This document shows, piece by piece, positions 30,691 to 40,213 of a DNA stretch of 64,000 bases. This DNA is from a bacterium (lineage in GTDB: Bacteria; Patescibacteriota; Microgenomatia; Levybacterales; UBA12049). Position numbers and translations under genes: made by a program. Position 1 is the first letter of the stretch; the number at the start of each line of letters is the position of its first letter. The notes under the pieces were generated by a model. That model saw only the letters and a program-made list of their open reading frames with translations, was not told the DNA's origin and ran no database searches. The DNA is taken from the NCBI GenBank assembly GCA_021813145.1, contig JAKALS010000002.1, positions 149,862 through 213,861 on the forward strand. The letters run 5' to 3'.

Positions 30691-32383
30691 TTATTCTTTG
30701 CTCCTTATAATATTTTAACAAATCCGAAGCATTAATTCCTTCAAACAAAATGTTTCCTAATTTATCTTTAATTGTAAATAGAGGCTTAAGAGTTTTTGGA
30801 AAATCAACAGGATTGGAAATAAAAAGAGCCGTATAATTCATTTGAGCAGAAAAAGTTGAAATTGTAGGTAAGTTTTGCACAAAGTATATATTATCAATCT
30901 TATCTACCGAAATCCAGCCGTCAGAGGCCTCATGAAATGACACATTCACTTTTTTTTGGAAATTACTAGGAGAATACTTATTGTAGAATAAATAATAAAC
31001 ATATTGTTTTGTATCATTAAGGTGGCGGGAAATATAGATTCTATCGTATTTATTTCTTTGACTAAAAACTGTTTTCATCAAATCTTCATATCCGTATTGC
31101 GAATAAAGAGAGTAATAATTTTTAAAATAGGTTGTATAATTTATCCAAAAAATAAACACAGAGAAAAAAACTATAAAAGAAATAAAAATATAGGAAAGTT
31201 TTTTGAGATATTTATAATCAGGCCTGGAGATAAGTTCAATGAGATAAAATAGGCCTATTCCCTCAATAATCAGGAGGAAGGGAATCATTATTGAAGCTCT
31301 TCCATAATGCCCTGCCCCTGTCAAAGAATCGGGTATAGGAGCTATCAAAAGTAACAAAATAATCAAAAATCCGTTTTTATCCCTATATTTAAGGATTCTA
31401 AATAGACCTAAAATCAATAATAAAACACCAAAAACGTAATCAAGTCCCCTCTGTGGAAGTATTGAATACTGTGTTTCGGTACCATTGTTATAAAGAAAAT
31501 TTATATTAAAGTGTGCAGTATAATTCTTTGCGAAAGTAGAAGTAAAAAGGAAAACCTTATTATCGGCTATTTTACAAATAAGTGAAATATAAGTCTTTTG
31601 ACACGCTCCTCTTTCATCATTAAGGGTATTTATTAAACCTATACTGTTAACATTGTTTATGATTCCCACCTGTGTGAAACGGACACCGGCAGTAGTATCT
31701 TTCGTAAGAAAATTTGGTATTAAAACTATTACAAACAAAATGAATGCTATTAGATATTGTTTATAATTTTTAAAAACTATTTTCTTGTTCCAGAACAGCA
31801 ACAAAACGGCAACCAAAGGAAGAAAAAGGACATAAGCGGAATAGGTATATAAAACCAGGGCAAACAGTAACACTGAAATATATAAATAGTTTATTTTTTT
31901 AAGGGAATGCAAATAAATAAAAAAAGAAAAAAGAAAAATGGTTATGGCAATATTTGGCTCTATTGTCACTCTACTCAAGCCAATAGCCCAAGGAGAAATC
32001 GCAAGCAAAAATGATGCAAATAAACCTATTTTTTCATTAAATAATTTTTTTCCCAAAAAAAATAGCAACAGTACGGAAATAACCCCGAAAAGGGCAGAAG
32101 GAAATCTCACCGAAAAACTGTTCAATCCAAAAAACAAAATAGACGGAACTGTTAGATATCTTAGTAAGGGGGCAGGATAATCTCCAAAAGCGATAAAATG
32201 TAGCGGTAGAAATTGATTCCATTGGTCTCTTCCGGTTAAAAGTATTGAATATGCATCCCAACCGACTCCTGCTTCGTCATTTGTTAATCCTGACGGAATG
32301 CTTCCAAGCATATAAAACCTTAAAAATGCTGCAAGTAAGATTATAAAGATTAATGAAAGTCTCCAATTAAATATTTTTTTCAT
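30674..32383 (-). CDS. GT-C membrane glycosyltransferase (GT39/GT83, ArnT/PMT-like)
   Basis: LRFY..PSGLTNDEA..DAYSILLTGRD, FGDY, VRFPSA, ISPW..SR..EPN. Confidence 0.82.
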   Translation of the reverse strand: MKKIFNWRLSLIFIILLAAFLRFYMLGSIPSGLTNDEAGVGWDAYSILLTGRDQWNQFLPLHFIAFGDYPAPLLRYLTVPSILFFGLNSFSVRFPSALFGVISVLLLFFLGKKLFNEKIGLFASFLLAISPWAIGLSRVTIEPNIAITIFLFSFFIYLHSLKKINYLYISVLLFALVLYTYSAYVLFLPLVAVLLLFWNKKIVFKNYKQYLIAFILFVIVLIPNFLTKDTTAGVRFTQVGIINNVNSIGLINTLNDERGACQKTYISLICKIADNKVFLFTSTFAKNYTAHFNINFLYNNGTETQYSILPQRGLDYVFGVLLLILGLFRILKYRDKNGFLIILLLLIAPIPDSLTGAGHYGRASIMIPFLLIIEGIGLFYLIELISRPDYKYLKKLSYIFISFIVFFSVFIFWINYTTYFKNYYSLYSQYGYEDLMKTVFSQRNKYDRIYISRHLNDTKQYVYYLFYNKYSPSNFQKKVNVSFHEASDGWISVDKIDNIYFVQNLPTISTFSAQMNYTALFISNPVDFPKTLKPLFTIKDKLGNILFEGINASDLLKYYKEQRINVSST

Positions 32384-32955
32384 TTATTACCAGTAAACCA
32401 CATGTTTAAGCCCATTTCAAAATATCCGCTTTTTATGTTTCTGAAATTGTCATTTTTTAAATAATCTCTGATTATTTTTGACGTCAGATTATGTTTGTGT
32501 TCGTGTATTTCTTCTTTACTTACAAAGCCAGTCCTTGCCATAATTTTTAATATTTTATCTGACCAGGGCGCGGGAGTTGTCATTACCAGAACTCCTCCCT
32601 TTTTTAATACCCTATTAACTTCTTTTAAAACAAAAGAGATTTTTTTATGGTCAAGGTGTTCAAAAACCGCAAGCATTGTTACTGCATCAAAAAAATTATC
32701 CCTAAAAGGTAACTTTTGTTTTGTAATATCTCCTTTTTTAAGTTTTAAGTTTTCTATTTTAAGTTTTGTCAGCGACGGATCTATACCGTATCTTTCCTTA
32801 AATTTTGTGTTTAGAAGAAAATAAGGAGAAGATCCGCATCCTACATCCAGTACTCTTTCTTTTTTTGTCTTTCTTAAAAGAATGTTTGCCCTTTGCGCTC
32901 TTTTTTTTGACAAAAATCCTTCAAGTAATCCCGTTCCTCTTGTTACGTTTGCCAT
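32380..32955 (-). CDS. Class I SAM-dependent methyltransferase
   Basis: VLDVGCG, LPFRDNFFDAV, VFEHL, RVLKKGG. Confidence 0.88.
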   Translation of the reverse strand: MANVTRGTGLLEGFLSKKRAQRANILLRKTKKERVLDVGCGSSPYFLLNTKFKERYGIDPSLTKLKIENLKLKKGDITKQKLPFRDNFFDAVTMLAVFEHLDHKKISFVLKEVNRVLKKGGVLVMTTPAPWSDKILKIMARTGFVSKEEIHEHKHNLTSKIIRDYLKNDNFRNIKSGYFEMGLNMWFTGNK

Positions 32956-32956
32956 A

Positions 32957-33664
32957 TTAATTTGTAAACCTGTATTTGAATAAATACCAAAGTGCTTTTG
33001 AACCGTCCCTTACCGTATTGAGCTTTTTACCTTCTTCGTATCCCCTGGGAGTTGCTTTTATGGATACCTCTTTTATTTTATAGCCCTGCTTTAATAATTT
33101 GGATGTAATTTCGGGCTCGAACTCGAATCCTCTTGCGTTAATTTTTATAAGAGAAACCGCTTTTTTGGGAAAAAGCTTATAACACGTTTCCATATCGGTA
33201 AGCCATTGCCCGTAAAGAACACTTGTAACAAGGCTTAAAAATCTGTTGCCGAAATAATGGAGTATGAAAAGATGTTTTGCTTCTTCTTTATTCAAATGAG
33301 GCATTCTGTTTAATCTTGTTCCGTATACGACTTCTGCCTTTTTTTCCATAATTGGTTTTAAAAGATTTTTTATCTGGTTAGGGTGATATTCCAAATCCGC
33401 ATCCTGAATTAAAATATATTCTCCCTTTGCCGATTTTATACCTGTTTTTACTGCTGCTCCCTTGCCCTGATTTTTGGAATGAGTTAAAACTTTAACCCTT
33501 GTACTCTTTAATTTTTTAATAAGATTTGCCGTGGAATCAGTTGAGCCGTCATTTACAACAATTACTTCATAAATAACAGGTATATCGGCTTTTTTAAGCC
33601 TTCCTAAGATTTGAAGGATTGTTTTTTCCTCGTTATATACGGGAACTATTACAGATAATTTCAT
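32957..33664 (-). CDS. GT2 polyprenol-phosphate glycosyltransferase (DPM1-like)
   Basis: NQGKGAAV, IQDADLEY, TDMETCYK, FEFEPEIT. Confidence 0.88.
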   Translation of the reverse strand: MKLSVIVPVYNEEKTILQILGRLKKADIPVIYEVIVVNDGSTDSTANLIKKLKSTRVKVLTHSKNQGKGAAVKTGIKSAKGEYILIQDADLEYHPNQIKNLLKPIMEKKAEVVYGTRLNRMPHLNKEEAKHLFILHYFGNRFLSLVTSVLYGQWLTDMETCYKLFPKKAVSLIKINARGFEFEPEITSKLLKQGYKIKEVSIKATPRGYEEGKKLNTVRDGSKALWYLFKYRFTN

Positions 33665-35605
33665 TTATATTTTATAAAGAGCGGATTCTCCTTTACCATT
33701 AATTAACTTCAGTTTTATAAACTTATCGGCGCAAGTATTCTTTTTTAAAAGTAAAAGGTATTGATTATTACTTTCTTCCATCAAATTTATTATGTTATGT
33801 TCAGCAGTTTTTGGATTACTACAATTTACCATATTTTCAGCTATTTTATCTATAATCATTTTTCTTTTATCTACAACATTATTTAAACCTTGAAATTGCG
33901 CTATTTCTTCTTCGTAATAAACGGGGTGTCCGCTTATACCAGCAATTAACGGGCTGCTGTATAAAGTTTCATACGTTCCTTTTATTATTGGCCTATTTAT
34001 TACTATAATTCCCGTTCTTGAAGGCAAATTTCTTATTATTTTTGTTTTTTCTACTAGCCCGGAATCTATAAATGTAGGGTCTATGGAATAAGTCATAAAA
34101 GTTTTAAAAAAATCTGGAAAGAATAAAACAAAAAATATTACTAGGCTAATGATAAAAAGTTTTCTGTTTTTGTCTATTACGTTCCCTATGACATAAGCGG
34201 TAGGAACCAAAAGTATTATATAACCGGCCCAAAAAAACTGGATGTTTTGAAATGTTGAACTGCTCTGTACAAAAAGGCTTGGAATAATGAATGAAATTAA
34301 TATAGTAGTTAGCCAAAATATATTATTTAGGCTATAAAACTTTTTACTAAACAATTTTTTAAACTTTAAAAAAACTACCACTCTTATTCCTAAGCTTGTA
34401 AACAAAAATATAAATATTGCTACTGCATAAAAAAAGGCAATATGAATGTAATTATGCGACTGAACATAAATAGGGAAATTAACATTCCAATGCCAGTTAT
34501 TAAAAATCCAAGCGCTATCGATAAAGTTTTTATAAATAAGAAAGGGGGCAAAAACAAGACTTCCTGCACCAAAATTAATCGGTAAAAAAACAATTGAGGA
34601 AATAATTCCTGATAAGATAAAGGTTTTTAATAATTGGAAATTTCTTTTTTTATATAAGTCCCATAATGCAATAATTCCAAAACCAGTATAAAAAATAATT
34701 GATGGATAAATTTTTACTTCGGGAAGAATGCCTATTATAAGGGCTGGTAAAAAGAAAGCCCACTTTTTTCCTTTTGAAAACAGCAATATAAAGCCTATAA
34801 AAAAGAATCCTACGGAAATAATTACCGTAGGATCAAGCATATTTGCTATAGACTGCATGATTCCTGCCGAGTTGTAATAATAATTAAATAACCTGTAAAT
34901 ATAATAAGCGTAAAAATCAAAACTCTGTGCAAAATACATTAGGATAATAAAAATTATAAGTGTAAAATTTTTCCATTTTAAAAATCTTCCGAGTGAGAGA
35001 GATGAAATTCCATAAAGAACAGATATAAATAAAGCAAAATCCCTAAAGAATAAATCAAAAACATTCAAATGATAAAATTTAGAGAATTCTGCAATGAGAA
35101 AATCATAAAAAATATGATAGCCTCTTAAGGGAACACCCGCCAAACCTGGATGAACAGGAGGAAAGCCGGAAATAAGGCTGTAAATTAATGACGTATTAAA
35201 CAGCGAGTCTGCCGAATTAATTCCATAAAAGACCAATTTACCGTTATCGTATAATCCCGAACGCAAAGTCAAATATGACATGGAAAGAGAACCAATAATA
35301 ATAAGAAGATACTCGGGAGAAACTATTTTTCTTATCTCAACCTTTTCTTTTAACTCAAGGTAAGACTTCTTTCCCTCAAAAAGTAACGCAAAAGGAATAA
35401 CAAGATTGAATAGATAATCAAGCTTTATAAAAGACAAAATAAATGTCAAAAATAAGAATAGGGAAATACCGATAATCAAAGAGGAGGTAAATGTAATTAT
35501 AAAATCTCCAAATTTATAACCGGAAATCCTTAAGGTAAATCTTCCGGGAAGATAAAAAACAATAAATGCAAGGAAAAAGAATAAAAGCAAATTTAATAAC
35601 TGCAT
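33665..35605 (-). CDS. Polytopic membrane protein, possible GT-C glycosyltransferase
   Basis: 646 aa, many TMs, D..F...LI..L...FPP.HP...G..L.GYH.FYD loop; locus context. Confidence 0.55.
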   Translation of the reverse strand: MQLLNLLLFFFLAFIVFYLPGRFTLRISGYKFGDFIITFTSSLIIGISLFLFLTFILSFIKLDYLFNLVIPFALLFEGKKSYLELKEKVEIRKIVSPEYLLIIIGSLSMSYLTLRSGLYDNGKLVFYGINSADSLFNTSLIYSLISGFPPVHPGLAGVPLRGYHIFYDFLIAEFSKFYHLNVFDLFFRDFALFISVLYGISSLSLGRFLKWKNFTLIIFIILMYFAQSFDFYAYYIYRLFNYYYNSAGIMQSIANMLDPTVIISVGFFFIGFILLFSKGKKWAFFLPALIIGILPEVKIYPSIIFYTGFGIIALWDLYKKRNFQLLKTFILSGIISSIVFLPINFGAGSLVFAPFLIYKNFIDSAWIFNNWHWNVNFPIYVQSHNYIHIAFFYAVAIFIFLFTSLGIRVVVFLKFKKLFSKKFYSLNNIFWLTTILISFIIPSLFVQSSSTFQNIQFFWAGYIILLVPTAYVIGNVIDKNRKLFIISLVIFFVLFFPDFFKTFMTYSIDPTFIDSGLVEKTKIIRNLPSRTGIIVINRPIIKGTYETLYSSPLIAGISGHPVYYEEEIAQFQGLNNVVDKRKMIIDKIAENMVNCSNPKTAEHNIINLMEESNNQYLLLLKKNTCADKFIKLKLINGKGESALYKI

Positions 35606-36528
35606 TCTTCTATAACTTCTTTATCCGACAAAACAAAGCTTTTCTGGTACCTTAAACTGGATTTTATTACTTTGGGAAGTAAAATAAAAGCACTAAAAAA
35701 CCCTAAAAAGAACTGCCAATCCAATCTAAACAATGCTTTTATTAAATGGTAAGGGAGCCAAATGCATTCCCCGATCTGTAAATTTGTATCGGTTGCGTTT
35801 TCCCAGGCAAAAATAAACTGGTTTCTGTATGCAATCCTTTTTACCTGACCTGAAGAATATTTACTTTTTATCGAACCTTTTTCGTGATAATGTTCGACCA
35901 CACTCTTAGGTTCAAAAACTATTTTATATCCAGACTTTAACGCTCTATAAGAAAGGTCTATGTCTTCATAATAAAAGGGGTTGTAGAGCTCGTTTAGTCC
36001 CCCAAGTTTTTCCCATATCCATTTCCTGAATGCTCCCGAGCCCCCGCTCACCCAAAGGGTGTTTGTCTTATTTACCTCCCCTTTCCTGTGGACAAGAAAG
36101 CCCCTTTTCCATTCCCCGAGGCCTCTTCCCCTAAGAATTATCTCGTCTTTTTCTATGCTTTTGTCCATGCAGCCCACCGCAAATACTTTTTCATCTTTAA
36201 AATGCTCAAGAAGCGGATTTAAAAAATCTTTTTCCGGAACCACATCGGTATTCAAAAGAATCACTATTTCTCCCCTTGCCTCTTTTACCCCCTTATTTAC
36301 AGTTGAAGAAAACCCCAAATTTTTCTCATTCTCTATCAATTTTAAATTTGTAATCTGTGATTTGAAATTTGAAATTACATCTTTGCTCCCATCCGAAGAT
36401 GCATCATCTACTATTATTATTTCCGTTTTTCCGCCTTTATACCCTGAAAGAGCTTCCATTACCTTTGGAATATTTTTTTCAATAAGTTTTTCTCCGTTAT
36501 AATTTGGAATTACTATCGAAATATCCAT
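35593..36528 (-). CDS. Glycosyltransferase family 2 (WbbL-like)
   Basis: VIPNYNG, DDASSD, NLGFS, LLNTD, YEDIDLSYRA. Confidence 0.9.
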   Translation of the reverse strand: MDISIVIPNYNGEKLIEKNIPKVMEALSGYKGGKTEIIIVDDASSDGSKDVISNFKSQITNLKLIENEKNLGFSSTVNKGVKEARGEIVILLNTDVVPEKDFLNPLLEHFKDEKVFAVGCMDKSIEKDEIILRGRGLGEWKRGFLVHRKGEVNKTNTLWVSGGSGAFRKWIWEKLGGLNELYNPFYYEDIDLSYRALKSGYKIVFEPKSVVEHYHEKGSIKSKYSSGQVKRIAYRNQFIFAWENATDTNLQIGECIWLPYHLIKALFRLDWQFFLGFFSAFILLPKVIKSSLRYQKSFVLSDKEVIEECSY

Positions 36529-36570
36529 ATCATTAAAAAAATCCTAGACCCTAATAAATTCTAAACTTAT

Positions 36571-36596
36571 GTTCTAATGATTAGAATCATTAGAAC
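36571..36596. repeat. Perfect 12-bp inverted repeat (hairpin or operator)
   Basis: GTTCTAATGATT-AG-AATCATTAGAAC, overlapping the YfhO stop codon and upstream of the GT2 at 36528. Confidence 0.7.
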
Positions 36597-38863
36597 AGTG
36601 TGTCGTAAAATTCTATCGTGTGTTCCCCCTTGGGAACTATTACTCCCCTAAAATTATAATCCGTTCTGAATATCTTTGTTTGCTTTCCGTCTATTTTTGC
36701 GTGCCAGGTGGGATAATAGCTGTCCGTTAAAACCATAAAAGCTTTTCCCGCCGTTAATGTTTTAATGACCACTTTATTTTCCCCGTAATAACTTATTTGC
36801 GCCTGTCCTCCGCTCCAATTTGTCGTAAATTTATTTACTCCTTCGACAACTGCCCTGTTATTAAGAAGAAAATTGGGGTCGAACATCTTATTTATTGCAT
36901 CCTGCTTTGAGGTTGCAACAACCGTAGTAGGTACAAAAAATGCTCTGGGCAAAGCGTTTTTGTTTGCGTAAACATTTACGGTCCCGTCGGAGAATACGGG
37001 AGTAAGATTGGGATCTTTTATGTTCTCGAGGCTTAATACATAAACAACATTCATAAAAGAAATAAGACGCGAAGAATAATTTTGGGGTGTAATTATCCTG
37101 TTAAAACCAAACGGAGTAGAGATATCGGGTTTATTCCTTCCAACGGCTGCCATTAACTCTCCGTAGCGCTGAAGATACAAGGGATCGTATCCGTCCAATG
37201 TCTGGATTTTATACATATCCGAAAAGTTAGGAGGCAGAATTTTGGAATCCAGGGACATCACCCTAAAAGGTCCGCCCGAGTTTTGCTGCTCTAAAAAAGT
37301 CATTACCGCCTGGGAAGGAAAAAGATAAGCTTTGTTTGTAAAAGGCTCAAATTTCCACCCGAATCGGAAAAGGTCAAATAAAGATACAAGAATTAAAAGA
37401 TAAGAAATAATAAGTATGTAAGGAAATTTGCCAAGCTTCCCTTTTAAAAATACGGAAACAACAAGAATTAAAGTAACAACTGCAAATATGACAGAAGGCA
37501 AAATAAGATTTTGTTTTGCAACGCTTAAATCTGCAGGAGCAAGAATATGCCCGTGAAGGAATAGGACAAAAGTCCAAAGACCCGCAAAAGCCAGAGCAAA
37601 GATTCCAAGAATATATAGAATTGGTTTTTTGTTTTTTAAAGAAACGTAATAGTCCATTCCAAGGGCCGCCAAAACACTCAGGGAAAAATCAATTAAAAAC
37701 AACAGTCTTGTCGGCTGTGCCGTAGAAATAAACGGAATGTTCAGTTTAAAAGGAATTTTTGCAAAAATAGTCGGGAGGGCAAAAAATAAAGAAACGAAAA
37801 ATACCGTACCGAAAAATAAAGTCTTTTTGTCGCGCCTGAAAAATAGAGCAAAAAAAGCGGTTATAAGAGGAAAAATTCCGATGTATCCGATAAACTCCGC
37901 ATAGTTCCACACCCCGAAATAATTAAGGGTGGCGGGGTTCCCGAAAAAGTCCGGGGCCAAAAACTGCACCAGATTTTGCCATGGAATAAACCAGCCTGCC
38001 TGGGTATATCCGGGAAGGTCAACGTTTCTTGCCGAAAGGAGAATAAATCGTAGAGTAGGCAGCCACTGGACCAACGTCAGAATTAAGAATAAAAAAGTAA
38101 GAATTAAGAATAATAACAAAGATTTTAATTTTTTTCCCTGTTGGAAGAGCCTTGCGAGAAAATACGCAAGAGATATAAGTGAAAGGTAGAAAAAAGTTTG
38201 AAGGTGTCCCGCAAAAAAGGAAAAAACCAATGATAAAACGAATATGCTTCCCCAGATAATTATTGATTTTTGATTGCCGATTTTTCTTTTTTCAAATATT
38301 TTGTCTATGGATAACAAAACCAGCGGTAGCCACAAAGCGGTATTTCCAATTGTTCCCCATTCAAGCCATGCAATTGAAAAACCGCAAAAAGCAAACGCCG
38401 AAGCACCCAAAAAAGAAGCCTCTTTTCTAATCTTTAAATTTGTTAGATACAAATAAAGGAACAGTCCGGCTAAAATTGGCTGGATAATAATTAGAAGGCT
38501 CCAGGAAAAAGAAAAAGGCAAGACAAAAAACAGTAAGTTAAAGGGATAAAAAACAGCCGACTGGAAATTAGCCAGTAAGGGATAACCCGCAAAGTTATAC
38601 GGATTCCACAAAGGCAAACTCAAATTCTTTTCCGCCTGAATTACAAGATTTCTCCAGGGATATTGCTGTCTAACCGGATCCGTTACGAGAAAATTTTTAT
38701 ATGGTACTCCGTTTGGGTTTGTCTTTTGGTAAATTTCCCTGAAAGGATAATAAAGGCCGACTATTGTATCGGAAGGAATTGGCAAAAGCCCTTTTAGCAA
38801 AAACTGCCAGAAAAATACCAAAACAGCAAGAACTATTATTAATAAATAAAAATATCTTTTCAT
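36590..38863 (-). CDS. YfhO-family membrane protein (GT-C)
   Basis: DPVRQQYPW, PLWNPYNFAGYPLLANFQSA, AGHLQ, DGYDP, DSYYPTW..IDG..TDYNFRGV. Confidence 0.85.
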   Translation of the reverse strand: MKRYFYLLIIVLAVLVFFWQFLLKGLLPIPSDTIVGLYYPFREIYQKTNPNGVPYKNFLVTDPVRQQYPWRNLVIQAEKNLSLPLWNPYNFAGYPLLANFQSAVFYPFNLLFFVLPFSFSWSLLIIIQPILAGLFLYLYLTNLKIRKEASFLGASAFAFCGFSIAWLEWGTIGNTALWLPLVLLSIDKIFEKRKIGNQKSIIIWGSIFVLSLVFSFFAGHLQTFFYLSLISLAYFLARLFQQGKKLKSLLLFLILTFLFLILTLVQWLPTLRFILLSARNVDLPGYTQAGWFIPWQNLVQFLAPDFFGNPATLNYFGVWNYAEFIGYIGIFPLITAFFALFFRRDKKTLFFGTVFFVSLFFALPTIFAKIPFKLNIPFISTAQPTRLLFLIDFSLSVLAALGMDYYVSLKNKKPILYILGIFALAFAGLWTFVLFLHGHILAPADLSVAKQNLILPSVIFAVVTLILVVSVFLKGKLGKFPYILIISYLLILVSLFDLFRFGWKFEPFTNKAYLFPSQAVMTFLEQQNSGGPFRVMSLDSKILPPNFSDMYKIQTLDGYDPLYLQRYGELMAAVGRNKPDISTPFGFNRIITPQNYSSRLISFMNVVYVLSLENIKDPNLTPVFSDGTVNVYANKNALPRAFFVPTTVVATSKQDAINKMFDPNFLLNNRAVVEGVNKFTTNWSGGQAQISYYGENKVVIKTLTAGKAFMVLTDSYYPTWHAKIDGKQTKIFRTDYNFRGVIVPKGEHTIEFYDTLF

Positions 38864-39912
38864 TTAATAAGTTCGTTGACCTCCCTGCAAAACCTTTCTT
38901 TCCCGAACGTTTTTGCAAACTCCGACGAATTTTTAGAGATCTTTAATAAAAGCTTCGGATCTTTTGCCAACTTTAAAGTCTTTGATTTTAGCTGCTCCAG
39001 CGTATCCCACAAGAAACCTGTCTCGCCCTCTTTTACTATCTCTTTTTGCCCTCCCGCGTTTATTACAACCGGAACAGCTCCCGCGCTCATTGCTTCTACC
39101 GTTGAAATTCCGAAGTGTTCTGCAAAATGTGGATTTTCTTCCAGATTCTCTCCGAATCCGGATGCATGCCAGTAAATTTTTGCTTTTGAATAAATCTTTC
39201 CCAAATCATCATTTGAGGAGTTTACTATAAAGTCTACAGGATAACCTTTAACGGAATTTTTTACTTCTTCAAATTTTTCCAAATCGCCCTCTCTTATACT
39301 TACAGCCATTACCAGTTTCCACCCTTTAAATCCATTGTCCACCATATCCTTAAAAGCCTTTACCATGACAAATTGTTTTTTAAAGTCGTCTATTCCTGTT
39401 ACATTTTTTATTCTGAATCTCCCCACGTGAAGTATTATATTTTCTTTGTTTTTAGAAAAAGGATAAAGACTTACGGGAGGGTATATTACGGATGATTTTA
39501 CGGGTAAATTTTTACCGTTATAATTTTTTGTATACAAAGAGTTGTAAAAGACACCGCTTATTCTTGAAAGTTTAATCCTTGATTTTTCTATATTTTTAAG
39601 AGGCTGTTGGATATGAAGAAAAGTTTTTTTTGAAAAAAGAAAAGGCAAGCTTCCGTCGCTTAGTACTATTATTGCGTCGTATTTTCTGCTTTCTTTAAGT
39701 TTATCTATAAAACCCAGGGCAAATATATTTTTTGTAATTTTTACTTTTGATAGGTCTATCGTAAAGCGTTTAAGAAGCTCATCCAAATCCTCCCTCCTGT
39801 CCCAGAACACGCTTACATCGTTTTCCCCGGACAGACACTGGGCAAGCGTCATCATATACTTTTCCCCGCCGCCGAGGTCATCCAAATAAGGGTCGAAAAT
39901 CCCTACTTTCAC
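38860..39912 (-). CDS. Glycosyltransferase family 4
   Basis: GGGEKY, HVGRF, EHFGISTVEAMSAG; GTG start. Confidence 0.9.
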   Translation of the reverse strand: MKVGIFDPYLDDLGGGEKYMMTLAQCLSGENDVSVFWDRREDLDELLKRFTIDLSKVKITKNIFALGFIDKLKESRKYDAIIVLSDGSLPFLFSKKTFLHIQQPLKNIEKSRIKLSRISGVFYNSLYTKNYNGKNLPVKSSVIYPPVSLYPFSKNKENIILHVGRFRIKNVTGIDDFKKQFVMVKAFKDMVDNGFKGWKLVMAVSIREGDLEKFEEVKNSVKGYPVDFIVNSSNDDLGKIYSKAKIYWHASGFGENLEENPHFAEHFGISTVEAMSAGAVPVVINAGGQKEIVKEGETGFLWDTLEQLKSKTLKLAKDPKLLLKISKNSSEFAKTFGKERFCREVNELIK

Positions 39913-39918
39913 ACTCTT

Positions 39919-39969
39919 ATTCTATCAAGTTTGCCCTCTATTGCAAAGTTATCCATTAAGATTTAAAAT
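39919..39969. promoter_or_regulatory. Divergent sigma70 promoter pair sharing a palindromic -35 (TTGCAA)
   Basis: TTGCAA 39941-39946; plus strand 17 nt then TAAAAT (39964-39969); minus strand 16 nt then TAGAAT (39924-39919). Confidence 0.6.
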
Positions 39970-39976
39970 CAAATTA

Positions 39977-40213
39977 ATGAATAGTTTTTATAACCTTGCA
40001 CAAATTCCCCCTTATGTACTTTTTATTCTATTTATCTGGTCCCTTATCTGGAAAGGCTTGGCTCTTTGGAGAGCCGCAAAACTCGGGCAAAAAAACTGGT
40101 TTGTAGTTATGCTTGTTGTAAACTCTATAGGAATTCTTGAAATCGTATATCTTTTTTACTTTGCAAAAAAGAGAATGAAGCTTAAAGAACTTATGTTCTG
40201 GGAATCAAAATAA
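39977..40213 (+). CDS. Small membrane protein, DUF5652-like
   Basis: WSLIWKGLALWRAA..QKNWF....NSIGILEIVYL; ATG 39977 preferred to the TTG at 39941, which is the -35 box. Confidence 0.78.
   Translation: MNSFYNLAQIPPYVLFILFIWSLIWKGLALWRAAKLGQKNWFVVMLVVNSIGILEIVYLFYFAKKRMKLKELMFWESK

Noticed and set aside
39941-39976. ORF-track upstream TTG starts at 39941 and 57673
   Set aside because: Both extensions overlap predicted promoter boxes; starts at 39977 and 57658 fit better.
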